64,000 bases of DNA from positions 147 through 64,146 of the forward strand of contig JBFLZV010000005.1 of NCBI GenBank assembly GCA_040756035.1, in the 5' to 3' direction. Shown here piece by piece: positions 63,328-64,000 of the stretch. The DNA is from Pseudomonadota bacterium (lineage in GTDB: Bacteria; Pseudomonadota; Gammaproteobacteria; SURF-13). The notes beneath the pieces were generated by a model. It had not been told where the DNA came from. It ran no database searches and saw only the letters and a list, made by a program, of their open reading frames with translations. Numbering within the stretch: the first letter of the stretch is position 1; each line of letters starts with the position of its first letter. Position numbers and translations under genes: made by a program.

Positions 63328-64000
63328 GCGCCGTCCGCGACGCGGAACAGCCGCGTAATGCGCCCCCAGCCTTCCACGTCGATACTGAATTCGACGGCGC
63401 GCGGCAGCGGTTCCGTCACCGTATTGCTGGCGCGGTCGATGAGCGGCCACTGCCGCTGCGCGGCGAACTTGGCGTCGAAGAAACGCACCTCGACGGCGTT
63501 GACGTTTTCCAACAGCACGGCGTCTTGCGGCGCGCTGTTCGGCGCGCGGTCCAGCGCGACCCAGGTGCTGCGCAGCAGTTGTTGATCTTTTACCGCATAT
63601 GCCACGCGCTGCAAACCGCTGCGCGCCGCCAGCCCCGGATTGCGCCAGCCCGTGCGTGTGAACTCCAGCAGCGGCTCGCCTTGCTCCACGCCGCGCATGG
63701 CGGGTTGTTCGCTGTCGTAGTTATCGCGGATTTTGCGATTCACCGCCTGTTCGATGTCGCGCTCCATCAGCGTAAACGCCAGTTGCAGCGCGGCCAGTTG
63801 CGCGGCTTGCTGTTCGACGCGCGCGCGTGTATCGAGCGCGTTGCGCAGTCCGCCGTAGGCCATGGCGGCCAGCACGGCGAAGATGGCGACAGCCACCAGC
63901 AACTCCAGCAATGTAAAACCGCATGAGGAGTGAGGCGTGAGGTGTGAGGCGCGGCCTATGGCCGGTGAGGAGTGAGGAGTTAGGGGTGAGGGGTAAAACC
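63324..64000 (-). CDS. gspJ: type II secretion system minor pseudopilin J, 5' end unresolved (runs to window edge in frame)
   Basis: Prepilin N-methylation motif G-FTLLELLVAVAIFAVLAAMAYGG encoded at 63840-63920. No in-frame ATG before it within the window; the upstream in-frame sequence is encoded by GTGAGG heptamer arrays. Confidence 0.65.
   Translation of the reverse strand, partial: FYPSPLTPHSSPAIGRASHLTPHSSCGFTLLELLVAVAIFAVLAAMAYGGLRNALDTRARVEQQAAQLAALQLAFTLMERDIEQAVNRKIRDNYDSEQPAMRGVEQGEPLLEFTRTGWRNPGLAARSGLQRVAYAVKDQQLLRSTWVALDRAPNSAPQDAVLLENVNAVEVRFFDAKFAAQRQWPLIDRASNTVTEPLPRAVEFSIDVEGWGRITRLFRVADGA
63922..63998. repeat. two arrays of four GTGAGGN heptamers flanking a CGGCC-TAT-GGCCG hairpin
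   Basis: ATGAGGA GTGAGGC GTGAGGT GTGAGGC gcggcctatggccg GTGAGGA GTGAGGA GTTAGGG GTGAGGG, at the 5' end of gspJ. Confidence 0.5.

Noticed and set aside
1-64000. Scan for CRISPR arrays, rRNA genes, integrases, transposases and defence systems (RT, Cas, restriction)
   Set aside because: None found. The only repeated spacers are the heptamer arrays and the MITE-like elements described above.

Overview
High-GC (~65%) proteobacterial chromosomal segment, mostly housekeeping and stress genes in the first 35 kb followed by a ~24-kb XrtA/PEP-CTERM exopolysaccharide (EPS) locus.

Gene content, 5'->3':
- 1-2140: sulfide-detoxification operon of the BigR/SqrR type (ArsR-family regulator tail, DUF442, persulfide dioxygenase, TauE/SafE exporter), then folA.
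- 2950-4672: a DUF2892 membrane protein and a secreted protein built from ten ~40-aa tandem repeats.
- 4841-8327: apaH, then three paralogous secreted EF-hand proteins with a KGG-repeat stress protein.
- 8665-12020: an SDR, a membrane protein and an Atm1-like ABC exporter.
- 12305-15203: fmdB, a DUF502 gene and aspS.
- 15275-15920: a Phd/YefM-VapC type II toxin-antitoxin (TA) pair, followed by nadA.
- 17134-20883: a second SDR, a CBS-domain protein, a Na+/solute symporter and an alpha/beta hydrolase.
- 21117-24816: yebC-ruvC-ruvA-[antitoxin/PIN TA pair]-ruvB.
- 24936-30392: ybgC-tolQRAB-pal-cpoB, followed by queE, queC and tRNA-Lys(UUU).
- 32233-35445: a stress cluster (BON, GYD, Hsp20, DUF2934) and queH.

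The EPS locus (35774-59577) carries the full XrtA/PEP-CTERM set: outer-membrane barrel, priming transferase, GT4/GT2, Wzx, Wzy/ligase-like, exosortase, EpsI, BY-kinase, Wzz, Wza, EpsD and a PEP-CTERM substrate. It also encodes an APS-kinase with a motif-degenerate N-terminal sulfurylase-like domain and two sulfotransferases, so the product is predicted to be sulfated. A lower-GC sub-block holds two methyltransferases and a secreted protein driven by a sigma-54 promoter. A gspJKLMN type II secretion operon abuts the locus.

Intergenic DNA is rich in structured repeats: a modular palindromic ~150-bp element (4 copies), a ~145-bp MITE-like element with terminal inverted repeats (3 copies), REP-like GTAGGGTGGGCAC hairpins, a heptamer-repeat hairpin between tolA and tolB, and GTGAGG heptamer arrays at the gspJ 5' end. 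No CRISPR array, rRNA gene or transposase was found.
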